Origin: a virus
Reading direction: 5' to 3' (one strand)
DNA length: 17,122 nt
UHGV virus genome: UHGV-0339891
How positions within the stretch are numbered: the stretch's first letter is position 1; each line of letters begins with the position of its first letter. Below the pieces are notes generated by a model. That model was not told where the DNA came from. It did no database searches and saw only the letters and a list, made by a program, of their open reading frames with translations. This document shows positions 7,746 to 15,249 of this stretch, piece after piece. The position numbers and the translations under genes were made by a program.

Positions 7746-7816
7746 AATCTATAACTACGGTTATCCAAAGTAAAATAACAAAGGTTATTGCTATTTTTTA
7801 TAACTTGAGTTATCTT
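7746..7816. promoter_or_regulatory. OR region: three operators with divergent pRM and pR
   Basis: Operators ATAACTACGGTTAT 7751-7764, ATAACAAAGGTTAT 7775-7788, ATAACTTGAGTTAT 7800-7813; pR -35 TTGCTA 7788-7793, 17 bp, -10 TATCTT 7811-7816; pRM (minus) -35 TTTACT 7769-7774, 17 bp, -10 TAGATT 7746-7751, giving a near-leaderless cI. Confidence 0.6.
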
Positions 7817-7849
7817 TGGTTATAAGTAATGACCACAAGAGGTATGCTC

Positions 7850-8074
7850 ATGAATTTAGTAATTCAACGAGCCTTGAAAATTGTCGGTAGCCAAAAGCGT
7901 CTTGCCGACAAGTGTGGTGTAACGCAGCCAGCAGTACACAAATGGCTGAAAGGCGGGTTGGTCTCTCCAGAGAAAGTTACCGCCATCGTTAACGCCACTG
8001 GAGGGCAGATCAAGGCTTACGAAATTCGCCCCGATTTGCCACACCTGTTTCCAAAACCGAATCAGGCAGCATAA
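7850..8074 (+). CDS. cro: Cro-like repressor (74 aa from MNLVIQ)
   Basis: ORF track 7829..8074; preferred ATG 7850 with AAGAGG 7 nt upstream; HTH-like segment QKRLADKCGVTQPAVHKW; first gene right of OR. Confidence 0.65.
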   Translation: MNLVIQRALKIVGSQKRLADKCGVTQPAVHKWLKGGLVSPEKVTAIVNATGGQIKAYEIRPDLPHLFPKPNQAA

Positions 8075-8081
8075 GTAACAC

Positions 8082-8126
8082 CGCTCTTTAACAGTCATGG
8101 TCCTCATTCCCGCCGAAATGCGGGAA
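8082..8126 (+). promoter_or_regulatory. nutR (boxA CGCTCTTTAA plus boxB hairpin)
   Basis: CGCTCTTTAA 8082-8091, 15-nt spacer, hairpin TTCCCGC-CGAAAT-GCGGGAA 8107-8126, identical to the nutL boxB. Confidence 0.6.
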
Positions 8127-8132
8127 TACAAC

Positions 8133-8167
8133 GCGCATAAGTTGATGCGCATAACTTCTTATTTGTT
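8133..8167 (+). terminator. Possible tR1-like terminator/pause hairpin
   Basis: Hairpin GCGCAT-AAGTTG-ATGCGC followed by a T-rich tract between nutR and cII; tail is weak. Confidence 0.3.
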
Positions 8168-8183
8168 AAGGAAATACTTACAT

Positions 8184-8462
8184 ATGCAACTTACAAGTAC
8201 TCGCAAGAAAGCGAATGCAATTACAAGCAACATCCTGAATCGAATTGCTGTACGTGGTCAGCGAAAGGTTGCCGACGCGTTAGGGATTAATGAATCGCAA
8301 ATTTCGCGATGGAAAGATAGCTTCATCCCAAAAATGGGAATGCTTCTGGCTGTTCTTGAATGGGGTGTTGAAGACGAGGAGTTGGCGGAACTGGCTAAGC
8401 AAGTAGCCAGAATGCTGACAAAAGAAAAAGCCCCGAAGAACGGCGAATTCTTCGAGGCCTGA
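8184..8462 (+). CDS. cII: cII-like transcriptional activator (92 aa)
   Basis: ATG 8184 with AAGGAAA upstream; SQISRWKDSFIPKMGMLLAVLEWGV matches lambda CII SQISRWKRDWIPKFSMLLAVLEWGV (recalled). Confidence 0.75.
   Translation: MQLTSTRKKANAITSNILNRIAVRGQRKVADALGINESQISRWKDSFIPKMGMLLAVLEWGVEDEELAELAKQVARMLTKEKAPKNGEFFEA
8421..8458 (-). terminator. Minus-strand intrinsic terminator inside the 3' end of cII (OOP-like antisense RNA terminator)
   Basis: Minus-strand hairpin CCUCGAAGAA-UUCGCCG-UUCUUCGGGG followed by CUUUUUCUUUU; no T-run on the plus strand. Confidence 0.45.
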
Positions 8463-8644
8463 TGTAGAAAGACTGGATCAATCCACAGGAGTAATTATGA
8501 CAAAACGTCGTAAGAAATACCAGGAAAAAGAAGAGATTCGACACCCTGATTCACCTGAGGGATTAGTGGTAGCCGCAGCAAATAACAGGGTGTTCGCAGA
8601 GCGCCTTGTTGGTGTTTACAGACTAGCCAAAGCAGGAGTGAAAC

Positions 8645-9557
8645 ATGGGCGTCGTTAAGTTAGCTGATTACAGGCATAACCCTGTACAACATCAGGAGGC
8701 ATCCAGTATGGGGTATGTCTCTATACACCGCCAGTTTATGGACAGCAGTCTCTATAAGGACTCTCAGGCAGTACATCTTTGGCTTCACTTAATCCTCAAG
8801 GCTAATCACGAATCTACTGTCGTCAATACGGATATCGGTCCGATAACTGTTGATCGCGGTCAGATGATAACTGGACGCCCGTCGCTGGTCAGAGAAACAT
8901 TCATCCCCGACAACAAAGTTCGGAGCTTATTACGGACTTTTGAGTCGAAGGGGATGCTTAATATTTGCTCGATGGGGAAGAAATTTAGCCTGTTTACAAT
9001 CGTTAAATATGACGATTTTCAGGCAAAAAATTGTCCAACGGTTGTCCAACGGTTGTCCAACGGTTGTCCAACGGTTGTCCAACGCAAACACCAGTAATGG
9101 CGCGGCTCTCAGCGGAGATTGTCCAACGGTTGTCCAACGGTTGTCCATAAACAATAATATAAATAATATCTCTAATACTGACGTATTAGAGAGTGCCACA
9201 GCAGACAAAAAGTCTGACAAGAAAAAACCTTCCGTCAGCTGTCAGGATGTTGTCGATGCTTACCACGAAATCCTTCCTGAAGCGCCAAGAATCCGCGCAC
9301 TGAATGACAAGCGTAAAAACCAGATCCGAACGTTCTGGCGCAAAGCCGGAGTGATAACCCGCCAGCTTGACGGGCATGGGTTCACGATGCAGGACTGGAG
9401 AAATTATTTGAGCTACGTAGGCGAAAATTGCCGATGGATGTTCGAAGAACGCCCAAACCATCAACGCGGAACCGTCTGGCACAAAAAGGGATTTGACTTC
9501 CTGCTTAACGACAATACCTACCTGAAAGTTCGTGAGGGTGAACACGATGACCGATAA
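8645..9557 (+). pseudogene. O-like replication initiator, reading frame split inside its iteron array
   Basis: N-terminal frame 8645..9097 (alternative start 8707) and C-terminal frame 8940..9557 are offset by +1 and overlap across the 11-bp repeats; C-terminal stop overlaps the helicase start. Confidence 0.55.
9031..9150. repeat. Origin of replication: TTGTCCAACGG iterons followed by an AT-rich tract
   Basis: Five tandem 11-bp copies at 9031-9085, a 33-bp spacer, about three further copies at 9119-9150, then an AT-rich tract at about 9151-9180; embedded in the O-like gene as ori is in lambda O. Confidence 0.7.
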
Positions 9558-10983
9558 TTTTTATGCGCCGCCCCATAGCATCGAGGCAGAGCAGGCGGTT
9601 ATTGGTGGATTGCTTCTGGATGATGACAGCAGTGAGCGCGTCCGGAAAGTTCTGGCGATGCTGAAGCCTGATTCATTTTACAGCCGACCACACAAAATCC
9701 TTTTCGAAGAAATAACCAGAATGCACCGGGAGCAAAAGCCAGTAGATGGGCTGACGCTTTTCGATGAACTGGAGCGCAAATCGTTAACGGCGTCTGTTGG
9801 CGGTTTTGCTTATATCGCTGAGATCGCAAAGAACACGCCAAGCGCAGCAAACATCGTTGCCTATGCAATGCAGGTTCGTGAAACCGCAATGGAACGCTAC
9901 GCCATCAACCGCATGACTGAAGCGACGGAATTGCTCTATTCCCGCAACGGAATGACTGCAACGCAGAAGTACGAAGCTATTCAGGCGATTTTCACGCAAC
10001 TGACAGACCATGCAAAAACCGGATCGCGTAGCGGCCTTCGCTCATTTGGCGAGGTCATGGAAGACTGGGTTAGCGACCTTGAGAAGCGATTTGACCCGTC
10101 AGGCGAACAACGAGGAATGAGCACAGGGATCCCATCGCTGGACAGGATGCTGTCACCGAAAGGTCTGGTGAAAGGCTCTCTGTTTGTCATTGGCGCTCGC
10201 CCTAAGATGGGGAAAACGACGCTATACAGCCAGATGGCAATCAACTGCGCAGTTCATGAGAAAAAGCCCGCTCTGATGTTCAGCCTTGAAATGCCAGGTG
10301 ACCAGATACTGGAAAAACTGGTAGGGCAGAAGTCAGGTGTTAACCCAAATATTTTTTACCTTCCGGCGACAAATGACGCCGATGACGGCTATCAGGGTGA
10401 TTACGATGGTGACTTCACCAGGGCGATCGAAACAGCCAATCGCTTGAGTGAAATCGACCTGCTTTACATCGACGACACGCCGGGATTATCTCTGGCTCAA
10501 ATCGTCAGCGAAAGCCGTCGAATCAAGCGAGAAAAAGGATGTGTTGGCATGATTCTGGTCGATTACCTGACACTAATGACCGCTGAAAAGGCCGATCGTA
10601 ACGACCTTGCTTACGGCATGATCACCAAAGGACTGAAGAACCTTGCCAAAGAGCTTGATTGCGTTGTTGTGCTTCTGACGCAGCTTAACCGCGCACTGGA
10701 AAGCCGAACCAATAAACGCCCATTACCAAGTGACTCACGAGATACAGGGCAGATTGAACAGGATTGCGATTATTGGGTGGGGATCCATCGTGAAGGTGCT
10801 TTTGATGACAGTGTTCCACCTGGTGAAACCGAACTAATCCTTCGTCTCAATCGTCATGGCAATACCGGCACGGTGTATTGCATTCAGGCAAATGGCGCTA
10901 TTTATGACACAGACCAACAGTCTGCTGAAATGCGCCGCCGTGAACGCGAGGAACCGCAGTCCAAGAAGAAAGGAGGATTCTGA
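9547..10983 (+). CDS. DnaB-family replicative DNA helicase (P22 gene 12 type)
   Basis: ORF track 9532..10983 (GTG); ATG 9547 with GAGGGTG upstream; DnaB-like N-terminus HSIEAEQAVIGGLLLD and Walker A GARPKMGKTT. Confidence 0.85.
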   Translation: MTDNFYAPPHSIEAEQAVIGGLLLDDDSSERVRKVLAMLKPDSFYSRPHKILFEEITRMHREQKPVDGLTLFDELERKSLTASVGGFAYIAEIAKNTPSAANIVAYAMQVRETAMERYAINRMTEATELLYSRNGMTATQKYEAIQAIFTQLTDHAKTGSRSGLRSFGEVMEDWVSDLEKRFDPSGEQRGMSTGIPSLDRMLSPKGLVKGSLFVIGARPKMGKTTLYSQMAINCAVHEKKPALMFSLEMPGDQILEKLVGQKSGVNPNIFYLPATNDADDGYQGDYDGDFTRAIETANRLSEIDLLYIDDTPGLSLAQIVSESRRIKREKGCVGMILVDYLTLMTAEKADRNDLAYGMITKGLKNLAKELDCVVVLLTQLNRALESRTNKRPLPSDSRDTGQIEQDCDYWVGIHREGAFDDSVPPGETELILRLNRHGNTGTVYCIQANGAIYDTDQQSAEMRRREREEPQSKKKGGF

Positions 10984-11011
10984 TGACCATCTACATCACT
11001 GAGCTAATAGC

Positions 11012-11044
11012 AGGCCTGCTGGTAATCGCAGGCCTTTTTATTTG
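11012..11044 (+). terminator. Intrinsic terminator after the helicase gene (tR2-like position)
   Basis: Stem AGGCCTGC/GCAGGCCT with 8-nt loop followed by TTTTTATTT. Confidence 0.5.
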
Positions 11045-11058
11045 GGGGAGAGTAAATC

Positions 11059-11265
11059 GTGGTTAAGTTTATGCTCGTCGCACTCAAATGCGTTGGCGTT
11101 GGATGGATTCTTCTGACGTTTTTTATTGTTCTGCATAGCTACATTCGTCTTGTGAATGACGGTAAAGACCCATGGTATACGTTGTTTGGCGCTGCATTTG
11201 TCTGGGTGATTATCGGTGTTATGCCTGTTGTCGTAGCAAAAATGGCGTGGCGTTTTGTGAGTTGA
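11059..11265 (+). CDS. Small hydrophobic membrane protein (68 aa from GTG, or 64 aa from ATG 11071)
   Basis: ORF track; two hydrophobic helices; GGGGAGAG upstream. Confidence 0.4.
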   Translation: MVKFMLVALKCVGVGWILLTFFIVLHSYIRLVNDGKDPWYTLFGAAFVWVIIGVMPVVVAKMAWRFVS

Positions 11266-11282
11266 ACTGAGGGTAAGTATCG

Positions 11283-11603
11283 ATGGCCGAATCAAGAAAG
11301 CAGTTTGAAGAAAGTTGGTTGCGACGTGGAGGCGAATCTTCAGACCTTATCCGTTACCCTGAAAATCACCATGAAATTGGCAGTGGTGATATTGGTGGTC
11401 AATACGTGATGGACGATGTTCAAGGCCACTGGTAAACGTGGCAGGCATCGCGAGCAGCTATTGAAATAACCGCGCCAAAGTTTATCGACAGCAGAGAAGC
11501 ATTAGCCAAAGGGTTTACTGTTGATTATTCCAATGGCTTCGGTGATGCAATGGATGCTTATGAGGAAAACATCCGCGCTGCTGGAGTCAAAGTGAAGGAG
11601 TGA
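11283..11603 (+). pseudogene. nin-region ORF interrupted by an in-frame TAA (would be 106 aa)
   Basis: ATG 11283 with GAGGGT upstream; 50 codons, TAA at 11433-11435, then 55 further sense codons in the same frame to TGA 11601-11603. Confidence 0.4.
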
Positions 11604-11605
11604 GT

Positions 11606-11791
11606 ATGAGTCGACGAAGTAGCTTTTTGGGGTTTGTAATATTCCTGTTCTGCACTGGTTACATCGTAATCTGGTCAGTTTCGAACATTGACCGTGGCGG
11701 GGAATATCTCATTGTAATGTTCTTTCCTTTGTTTCTTGGGTGGTACGCCGCAAGGTTGCTGGAAGAATGGGGTTACAGGCATAAAAAATAA
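11606..11791 (+). CDS. Small membrane protein (61 aa)
   Basis: ATG 11606 with AAGGAG 6 nt upstream; hydrophobic segments. Confidence 0.4.
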   Translation: MSRRSSFLGFVIFLFCTGYIVIWSVSNIDRGGEYLIVMFFPLFLGWYAARLLEEWGYRHKK

Positions 11792-11802
11792 AGGAGTATT
11801 CA

Positions 11803-12213
11803 GTGAAGCAAACAATCTTCCTCCGAACTAAGCAACAACAGCAAGCTGCAATAAATGCCATCCTCGCAACACCACTCGATAAAGACAATCCAGTCACGAT
11901 CCACATTACTGACTACAAGCGAAATCTTGACCAGAACGCAAAATTTCACGCGATGCTGGCGGATATCGCTCGTCAGGTTCAATGGTGCGATAAATGGCTA
12001 AAACCAGAACAATGGAAGGTTTTGTTGATCAGCGGTCATGCAGTGGCAACAAAACAGGAAGCTGATGTTTTGCCCGGGCTTGAAGGCGAATACGTCAACA
12101 TTCGCGAAAGTAGCGCGCAGATGAGTGTGAAGCGTATGGCAAGTCTGATTGAGTACACGACAGCATGGGCTATTGGTCAGGGTGTCAGATTTACCGACAG
12201 GAGGTACGAATGA
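11803..12213 (+). CDS. ninB: NinB (Orf) recombination mediator
   Basis: GTG start with AAGGAG upstream; motif [20 protein letters not shown] matches lambda NinB LDQNRKLWACLGDVSRQVEW (recalled). Confidence 0.7.
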   Translation: MKQTIFLRTKQQQQAAINAILATPLDKDNPVTIHITDYKRNLDQNAKFHAMLADIARQVQWCDKWLKPEQWKVLLISGHAVATKQEADVLPGLEGEYVNIRESSAQMSVKRMASLIEYTTAWAIGQGVRFTDRRYE

Positions 12214-12386
12214 GACGACAGCGACGAAGTATCACCGACATCATCTGCGAAAACTGCAAATACCTTCCAACGAAACGCTCCAGAAATAAACGCAAGCCAA
12301 TCCCGAAAGAATCTGACGTAAAAACCTTCAATTACACAGCTCACCTGTGGGATATCCGGTGGCTAAGATATCGTGCGAGGAAATGA
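12210..12386 (+). CDS. ninE: NinE-like small protein
   Basis: ATG overlapping the ninB stop (ATGA), AGGAGG upstream; sequence [27 protein letters not shown]... recalled as lambda NinE. Confidence 0.55.
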   Translation: MRRQRRSITDIICENCKYLPTKRSRNKRKPIPKESDVKTFNYTAHLWDIRWLRYRARK

Positions 12387-12388
12387 CA

Positions 12389-12748
12389 ATGGATTATTCA
12401 CAGTTAAGTGATTTTGAAATTAACGTGGCGGTATTCGAAGCCATTCATAACGGATCACCGGATTACAAAGAAGGTGAGAATGGCGATGTGGTGTTTGTCT
12501 CATTTGAGGGAGACATTGTAAACGGAGACGCAGTTGAAGTAGAAGTTGAGCGCGGTTCCTTTAACCCATGCGCAAACCCAGCAGACGCATGGCCGATTAT
12601 TGAAAAATACAGGATTAGCATTATCAATCTCGATGAAGACGAGTGGGGTGCACGCGGTGTGGCCTACTGTAAATCTAAGCGAGCTATACATGAAAATCCC
12701 CTCCGCGCCGCCATGATTGTCTTTCTCATGATGCAGAGAATCCAATAA
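12389..12748 (+). CDS. Hypothetical acidic nin-region protein (119 aa)
   Basis: ORF track 12347..12748; preferred ATG 12389 just after the ninE stop. Confidence 0.45.
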   Translation: MDYSQLSDFEINVAVFEAIHNGSPDYKEGENGDVVFVSFEGDIVNGDAVEVEVERGSFNPCANPADAWPIIEKYRISIINLDEDEWGARGVAYCKSKRAIHENPLRAAMIVFLMMQRIQ

Positions 12749-12924
12749 TGCTTAGCCCATCCCAATCCATTCAATACCAGAAAGAAAGCGTCGAGCGGGC
12801 TTTAACGTGCGCTAATTGCGGTCAAAAGCTGCATGTGCTGGAAGTTCACGTGTGTGAGCACTGCTGCGCAGAACTGATGAGCGATCCGAATAGCTCAATG
12901 TACGAGGAAGAAGACGATGAGTGA
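12748..12924 (+). CDS. ninF: NinF-like Cys-rich small protein (58 aa)
   Basis: Hand translation MLSPSQSIQYQKESVERALTCANCGQKLHVLEVHVCEHCCAELMSDPNSSMYEEEDDE; start overlaps the upstream stop (TAATG). Confidence 0.55.
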   Translation: MLSPSQSIQYQKESVERALTCANCGQKLHVLEVHVCEHCCAELMSDPNSSMYEEEDDE

Positions 12925-13129
12925 TTACCTGAAATGGTATCTCTGCCACCGCTGGTTAATTAAGTTTGCTGTAAAAGACTGGATGACAGCGGATGCCAAC
13001 AAGCTTAAGCAAAGAAAAGACTATTACTACGCCAGAATGAAGGAAAACTACTGCTCAATTCGCACTCGCATATTTATTAAAAAAGACCTTCAGTCAATTC
13101 TTCAATTGCGAGGGAAGGTAAATGGCTAA
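12917..13129 (+). CDS. Hypothetical AT-rich small protein (70 aa)
   Basis: ORF track; ATG overlapping the ninF 3' end. Confidence 0.35.
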   Translation: MSDYLKWYLCHRWLIKFAVKDWMTADANKLKQRKDYYYARMKENYCSIRTRIFIKKDLQSILQLRGKVNG

Positions 13130-13412
13130 CCTACGCAAAGAAGCGCGCGGCAGAGAATGCCAGGTACGTATTTACGGCGTATGCAATGGCAATCCTGAAA
13201 CTACAGTTCTGGCACATTACCGGATGGCTGGAATTTGCGGAACGGGAATGAAACCTGACGACATGATCGGCGCATGGGCTTGTAGCGCGTGTCACGATGA
13301 AATCGACCGACGCACCCATAACCTCGACAACAAAGACGCCAGACTTTACCACCTCGAAGGCGTGATCAGGACGCAGGCGATACTGCTGAAGGAGGGGAAG
13401 ATTAAGTCATGA
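13122..13412 (+). CDS. YbcO-like (DUF1364-type) Cys/His-rich putative nuclease
   Basis: ORF track; RGRECQVRIYGVCNGNPETTVLAH... with conserved Cys/His pattern (recalled as DLP12 YbcO-like). Confidence 0.55.
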   Translation: MANLRKEARGRECQVRIYGVCNGNPETTVLAHYRMAGICGTGMKPDDMIGAWACSACHDEIDRRTHNLDNKDARLYHLEGVIRTQAILLKEGKIKS

Positions 13413-13771
13413 ACGAATATCAGTTTGTGCTTCCATACCCGCCGTCGGTGAACACCTACTGGCGAAGACGGGGAAGCCAATACTACATCAGCGATAAAGG
13501 CCAGAAATACCGAAAAGACGTTCAGCAAATCATCCGCCAACTCAAGTTAGACATTTTCACCAAATCACGACTACGAATCAAAATAATCGCAGACATTCCG
13601 GACTCACGTCGCCGCGATCTCGACAACATCCTTAAATGCTTGCTCGACTCCCTTATCCACGCCGGATTTGCGGAAGACGACGAGCAATTCGATGACATTC
13701 GCGTAATTCGTGGTGTGAAAGTACCAGGCGGAAGGCTTGGAATAAAAATCACCGAACTGGAGAACGTATGA
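13409..13771 (+). CDS. rusA: RusA Holliday-junction resolvase
   Basis: ORF track; DSRRRDLDNILKCLLDSLIHAGF matches E. coli RusA [23 protein letters not shown] (recalled). Confidence 0.8.
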   Translation: MNEYQFVLPYPPSVNTYWRRRGSQYYISDKGQKYRKDVQQIIRQLKLDIFTKSRLRIKIIADIPDSRRRDLDNILKCLLDSLIHAGFAEDDEQFDDIRVIRGVKVPGGRLGIKITELENV

Positions 13772-13956
13772 ACGCCACAATTCAAACGATACCAGAGCTT
13801 CTTATCCAGACACGAGGCAATCAGACCGAAGTGGCGAGGATGCTTTCCTGCGCAAGAGGAACAGTGCTCAAGTACAACCGAGACAGCAAAGGCGAGCGTC
13901 ATGTAATAGTTAACGGCGTCCTGATGGTCAAACAGGGCAAGAGGGGAAGACGATGA
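13768..13956 (+). CDS. ninH: NinH-like protein
   Basis: ORF track; TIPELLIQTRGNQTEVARMLSCARGTV resembles lambda NinH (recalled). Confidence 0.55.
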   Translation: MNATIQTIPELLIQTRGNQTEVARMLSCARGTVLKYNRDSKGERHVIVNGVLMVKQGKRGRR

Positions 13957-14471
13957 GCATAAGAGAACTAAATCTCACCAAAGAGCAGCACGAGTGGCTG
14001 AATGGCTGGCTTGAACTGTGGGGCGCATGGGTTTATTCAGGTCGTCTGGAAAAGCGCATGAGCAGCGTAATAGCGAAGTTCATGGAGAGCGTAGAGCCGG
14101 GAAGAGTTATGACAAGGCCAATGTGCAATGATGATGATGGAATGTTGATTTCTCAGGTCGTCGATTCCGTCATGTACATTGACAAAAAAGCCTTTGGGAT
14201 CCTCCTCAGCTACTACGCTCATGGTTCATCTAAGCGAGCAATTGCATCCTACTATCACGCGACTGCAAAGCCACGCAAGATGTGTGGACGTGGTGGCGAG
14301 GGATGGAGAAAACCTTCACTGGCAACCTGTAGAAACGAAATTGACGACATCCTGAAAGCGTCGTTATTTGTTTTGTACCAACCAATGCAAAATGCTTTCA
14401 AAATGCGTAAACGTGTTGAGAAAGTTAAGCATGTTGCTGTTAAAAGCCTTGACATGCAATTAGCCATTTAG
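13953..14471 (+). CDS. Q: Q-like late-gene antiterminator (phage 21/82-type Q family)
   Basis: ORF track; last gene before pR' and the lysis cassette; LELWGAWVYSG and CNDDDGMLISQVVD motifs resemble 21-type Q (recalled). Confidence 0.65.
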   Translation: MSIRELNLTKEQHEWLNGWLELWGAWVYSGRLEKRMSSVIAKFMESVEPGRVMTRPMCNDDDGMLISQVVDSVMYIDKKAFGILLSYYAHGSSKRAIASYYHATAKPRKMCGRGGEGWRKPSLATCRNEIDDILKASLFVLYQPMQNAFKMRKRVEKVKHVAVKSLDMQLAI

Positions 14472-14478
14472 CCATAAT
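14449..14478 (+). promoter_or_regulatory. pR'-like late promoter
   Basis: -35 TTGACA 14449-14454, 18-bp spacer, -10 CATAAT 14473-14478, inside the 3' end of Q. Confidence 0.5.
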
Positions 14479-14488
14479 TAGCAGGTAA

Positions 14489-14533
14489 GCTGCCGTTAGT
14501 GACTCTTAAGTTGCAACGGTGGCTTTTTTATTT
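14489..14533 (+). terminator. Terminator hairpin just downstream of pR'
   Basis: Stem GCUGCCGUU/AACGGUGGC (two G-U pairs) with 17-nt loop followed by TTTTTTATTT. Confidence 0.4.
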
Positions 14534-14770
14534 GCACAACAGGTAAGAGCATTCTCCCTTATGGGGCTTGGCTTAAATGCACCGAGTGCTCTTATCGTTG
14601 TGCTGAATTAAGCGAATGCCGGAAGCAGAACCGGATCACCAAATGCGTACAGGCGTCATCGCCGCCCAGCAACAGCACAACCTAAACTGAGCCGTAGCCA
14701 CTGGCTATCCTGAATTCATCAGTGATAGTTACGCTGCGGCCTTCTACACATGATCTTCGTGAAAGCGGGT

Positions 14771-14807
14771 GGCAGGAGGTCGCGCTAACAACCTCCTGCC
14801 GTTTTGC
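14771..14807 (+). terminator. Intrinsic terminator in the Q-S intergenic region (alternative tR')
   Basis: 9-bp stem GGCAGGAGG/CCTCCTGCC with 11-nt loop followed by GTTTTGCCC. Confidence 0.5.
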
Positions 14808-14925
14808 CCGTGCATATCGGTCACGAACAAATCTGATTACTAAACACAGTAGCCTGGATTTGTTCTATCAGTAATCGACCTTATTCCTAATTAAATAGAG
14901 CAAATCCCCTTATTGGGGGTAAGAC

Positions 14926-15249
14926 ATGAAGATGCCAGAAAAACATGACCTGTTAGCCGCCATTCTCGCGGCAAAGGAACAAGGCATCGGGGCAATCCTT
15001 GCGTTTGCAATGGCGTACCTTCGCGGCAGATATAATGGCGGTGCGTTTACAAAAACAGTAATCGACGCAACGATGTGCGCCATTATCGCCTGGTTCATTC
15101 GTGACCTTCTCGACTTCGCCGGATTAAGTAGCAATCTCGCTTATATAACGAGCGTGTTCATCGGCTACATCGGTACTGACTCGATTGGTTCGCTTATCAA
15201 ACGCTTCGCTGCTAAAAAAGCCGGAGTAGAAGATGGTGGAAATCAATAA
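14926..15249 (+). CDS. S: Class I holin S with dual-start MKM motif
   Basis: 107-aa ORF that appears essentially identical to lambda S (recalled). Confidence 0.9.
   Translation: MKMPEKHDLLAAILAAKEQGIGAILAFAMAYLRGRYNGGAFTKTVIDATMCAIIAWFIRDLLDFAGLSSNLAYITSVFIGYIGTDSIGSLIKRFAAKKAGVEDGGNQ

Noticed and set aside
7739-7768. Upstream TTG start extending cI by 10 codons (MDNRSYRFVG)
   Set aside because: The ATG at 7738 sits right at the predicted pRM start (leaderless, like lambda cI); the extension would overlap the pRM -10 and an operator.
3266-8152. Other shadow ORFs (3266..3508, 4488..4685, 4951..5178, 5489..5758, 6923..7135, 7464..7652, 7856..8152)
   Set aside because: Overlap stronger genes or regulatory sites on the opposite strand or in another frame; no RBS or recognisable product.
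8498-8566. 22-codon basic ORF (MTKRRKKYRKKKRFDTLIHLRD) between cII and O
   Set aside because: Very short, low-complexity, and overlaps the predicted antisense promoter region; no independent support.
9031-9150. Tandem 11-bp repeats that might be taken for a CRISPR array
   Set aside because: Repeats are only 11 bp, directly abutting without unique spacers, and lie inside a replication initiator gene next to an AT-rich tract; this is an iteron-type origin.
8930-10244. Minus-strand ORFs within the replication genes (8930..9220, 9186..9545, 9599..9889, 9784..10011, 9981..10244)
   Set aside because: Antisense to the O-like and DnaB-like genes; the first is the repeat-generated open frame of the iterons.
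14537-14925. Possible tRNA genes or a toxin moron between Q and S, as in Stx-type phages
   Set aside because: No TpsiC-like GTTCGAATC motif or cloverleaf found by eye, and no ORF above about 16 codons; left as non-coding pending tRNAscan.
11038-15134. Minus-strand ORFs 11038..11295, 11709..11906, 11800..11982, 12500..12745, 13131..13352, 13346..13540, 13522..13902, 14037..14222, 14255..14467, 14910..15134, 15855..16055, and plus-strand 12165..12386 as a longer form of ninE
   Set aside because: Antisense to the unidirectional plus-strand nin/Q/lysis genes, or an upstream extension lacking an RBS; ninE is better started at ATG 12210.
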